DNA from: Raillietiella orientalis
Taxonomy: Eukaryota
Length of the DNA stretch: 64,000 bases
Assembly (NCBI GenBank): GCA_036172245.1
Contig: JAYWIR010000027.1
Location: 1,674,001 to 1,738,000 of the forward strand
Direction: 5' to 3'
Below, piece after piece: positions 62,489 to 64,000 of this stretch. Positions within the stretch are counted from its first letter, which is position 1. Each line of letters begins with the position of its first letter. Both the position numbers and the translations under genes were made by a program. The notes under the pieces were generated by a model, which was not told the DNA's origin, ran no database searches, and was given only the letters and a program-made list of their open reading frames with translations.

Positions 62489-64000
62489 GTATGTTCGTTT
62501 TCCTGTATATTTGGTGATTGCTCCAGTACACAGGTGAAAAAAATTTAACAAACTAAGGTTCCTATACTTCTTGAAGGTGAATATTGATATTTTAGTATGT
62601 AGTATTGCAATGATCAAATTGGATTCTTGATGATGATGCAGTTAGTGGAAACTGAACAGGGGGTTTATCAGGTGCTACAGCATGTTATATAAAGTACTGT
62701 TTTTTGGATGAGAAAGCACTTGCTGATAGTTTATAGGAAATGTTCCAAGCTTTCTGATGCATATACCTAAATTAGATGGACTTTTTTATTGTCTAGGTTT
62801 TTCCTTTATCTTATTTTAAAAAAAAAGAGGTTTTTTTTTATAAATATATAAAAGTAAACCAAACAAAATAGTTGGTCAAGAGAAATTTGCTGATGCCTTC
62901 TATATTTTTAAATAAACATCTTACTTTTCCAAATTGTATCGTTTTAATTTTTCTCTTTTGACTCGATTATAAATAGCAAACTAGCATGGTTTTGCATGTA
63001 AAGTGCAGCTCCAAAACTGCTGTCGATCCTTATTTAGTATGCATATGTTGGAAATAAGCTTATGTGACTGGTTTCCACAACTGAAACATTCACATTAAAA
63101 ATTCAATGCATAATGTATGTGGTGCACAAGCTATGTACGGCACTTATCGCAAAATTTTAATTTTATTTTATTATTTTGAAAATCATGCAGGCAATGAAGT
63201 TTTATTGAGCAAGGAGCTTTGGACAAAAGAAAAAAATGCATGTTTTGTGCAAAACTGGCACTGAAAGTAGCTTTACTGCATGCATAGCTCCTTGTTTCAA
63301 CATAGATCTAAGTAGCACAACTTGATTTGGGTGAAGGCAAAGTAGGAAAATTACATATAAATTAAGGAAAGGAAAACAGATTTAGATGTTAGAGCAGTCA
63401 GATGTGTAGCAGGTGAAGTAGGCTATCTTTTAGTAGCTCCTTTCTTGACCCATGTTTGGTGAGTCTTGATCAGATATGTATATGCAAATGGTGCTTTCCC
63501 TTATTTTGCAGTGCTAGAAAAAGTTACTAATGGTTATAACCCTCAAATAAGGCCTTCCTGCAGCATGGACTAAAAATTCAGTCCTGCATGCATATTTCCC
63601 ATGTTCTCCTGCTGTTACCCAGAGTTTGAACAGGAAACAACACTGCTGCAAAGGCAAGTCAAGGTCTCTCCCTTCAGAGTATGATTATACATGCTACAAT
63701 GGCAAAGGTTGTTTGGCATCTTGTCTTTCTGATGGCACACATAACTAGCATGGGATTTGCTAGGCTGTCTTGTTCTCACCCATATGTCCAGTTTTAAGCA
63801 TCACTCATGATACCAGTGGGTTTACATGGTGGTTTTAGCACATACCAATGCCAAAGGTAGTAAGAAACTGATCAGAGGGTTTTGGTGTCAGTCACTTGGC
63901 TCTGGGCATCTATTAGCAGTTTATGCATATGTAGCTGTTTCCACGTACACTCTGAAGTCCTGAGTGTGTGTGCAAAATGTCAGCAACCGCATCCATGGGT

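Overview
Eukaryotic (animal, most likely arthropod-type) genomic DNA with two compositionally distinct compartments. (1) AT-rich, CpG-depleted, intron-containing housekeeping genes on the + strand: a complete 7-exon TFIIH p44 gene (GTF2H2/Ssl1, 25824-27269, all introns 43-47 nt), a complete 11-exon CECR2/dikar-like ISWI-partner gene (32957-47755, about 1602 aa, with an apparently degenerate bromodomain), and the first coding exons of DNAJC2/MPP11 (from about 61764, running off the window). (2) Two GC- and CpG-rich blocks (about 1-20.8 kb and 47.9-60.2 kb) packed with nested, decayed copies of an L1/Tx1-like non-LTR retrotransposon family (APE endonuclease, RT, C-terminal CCHC finger, T-rich 3' UTR ending in AATAAA plus a conserved CCGG hairpin), together with unclassified decayed repeats. 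Most long ORFs in the supplied track within these blocks are GC-rich artefacts. A possible poorly conserved minus-strand multi-exon locus lies head-to-head with GTF2H2. All homology calls are by-eye motif recognition; no database search was run, and repeat boundaries are approximate. I found no convincing wholly new multi-gene system. The best leads are the retroelement 3' hairpin, the RT-less EN-ZnF derivative, the pseudo-bromodomain and the methylation-like mosaic.
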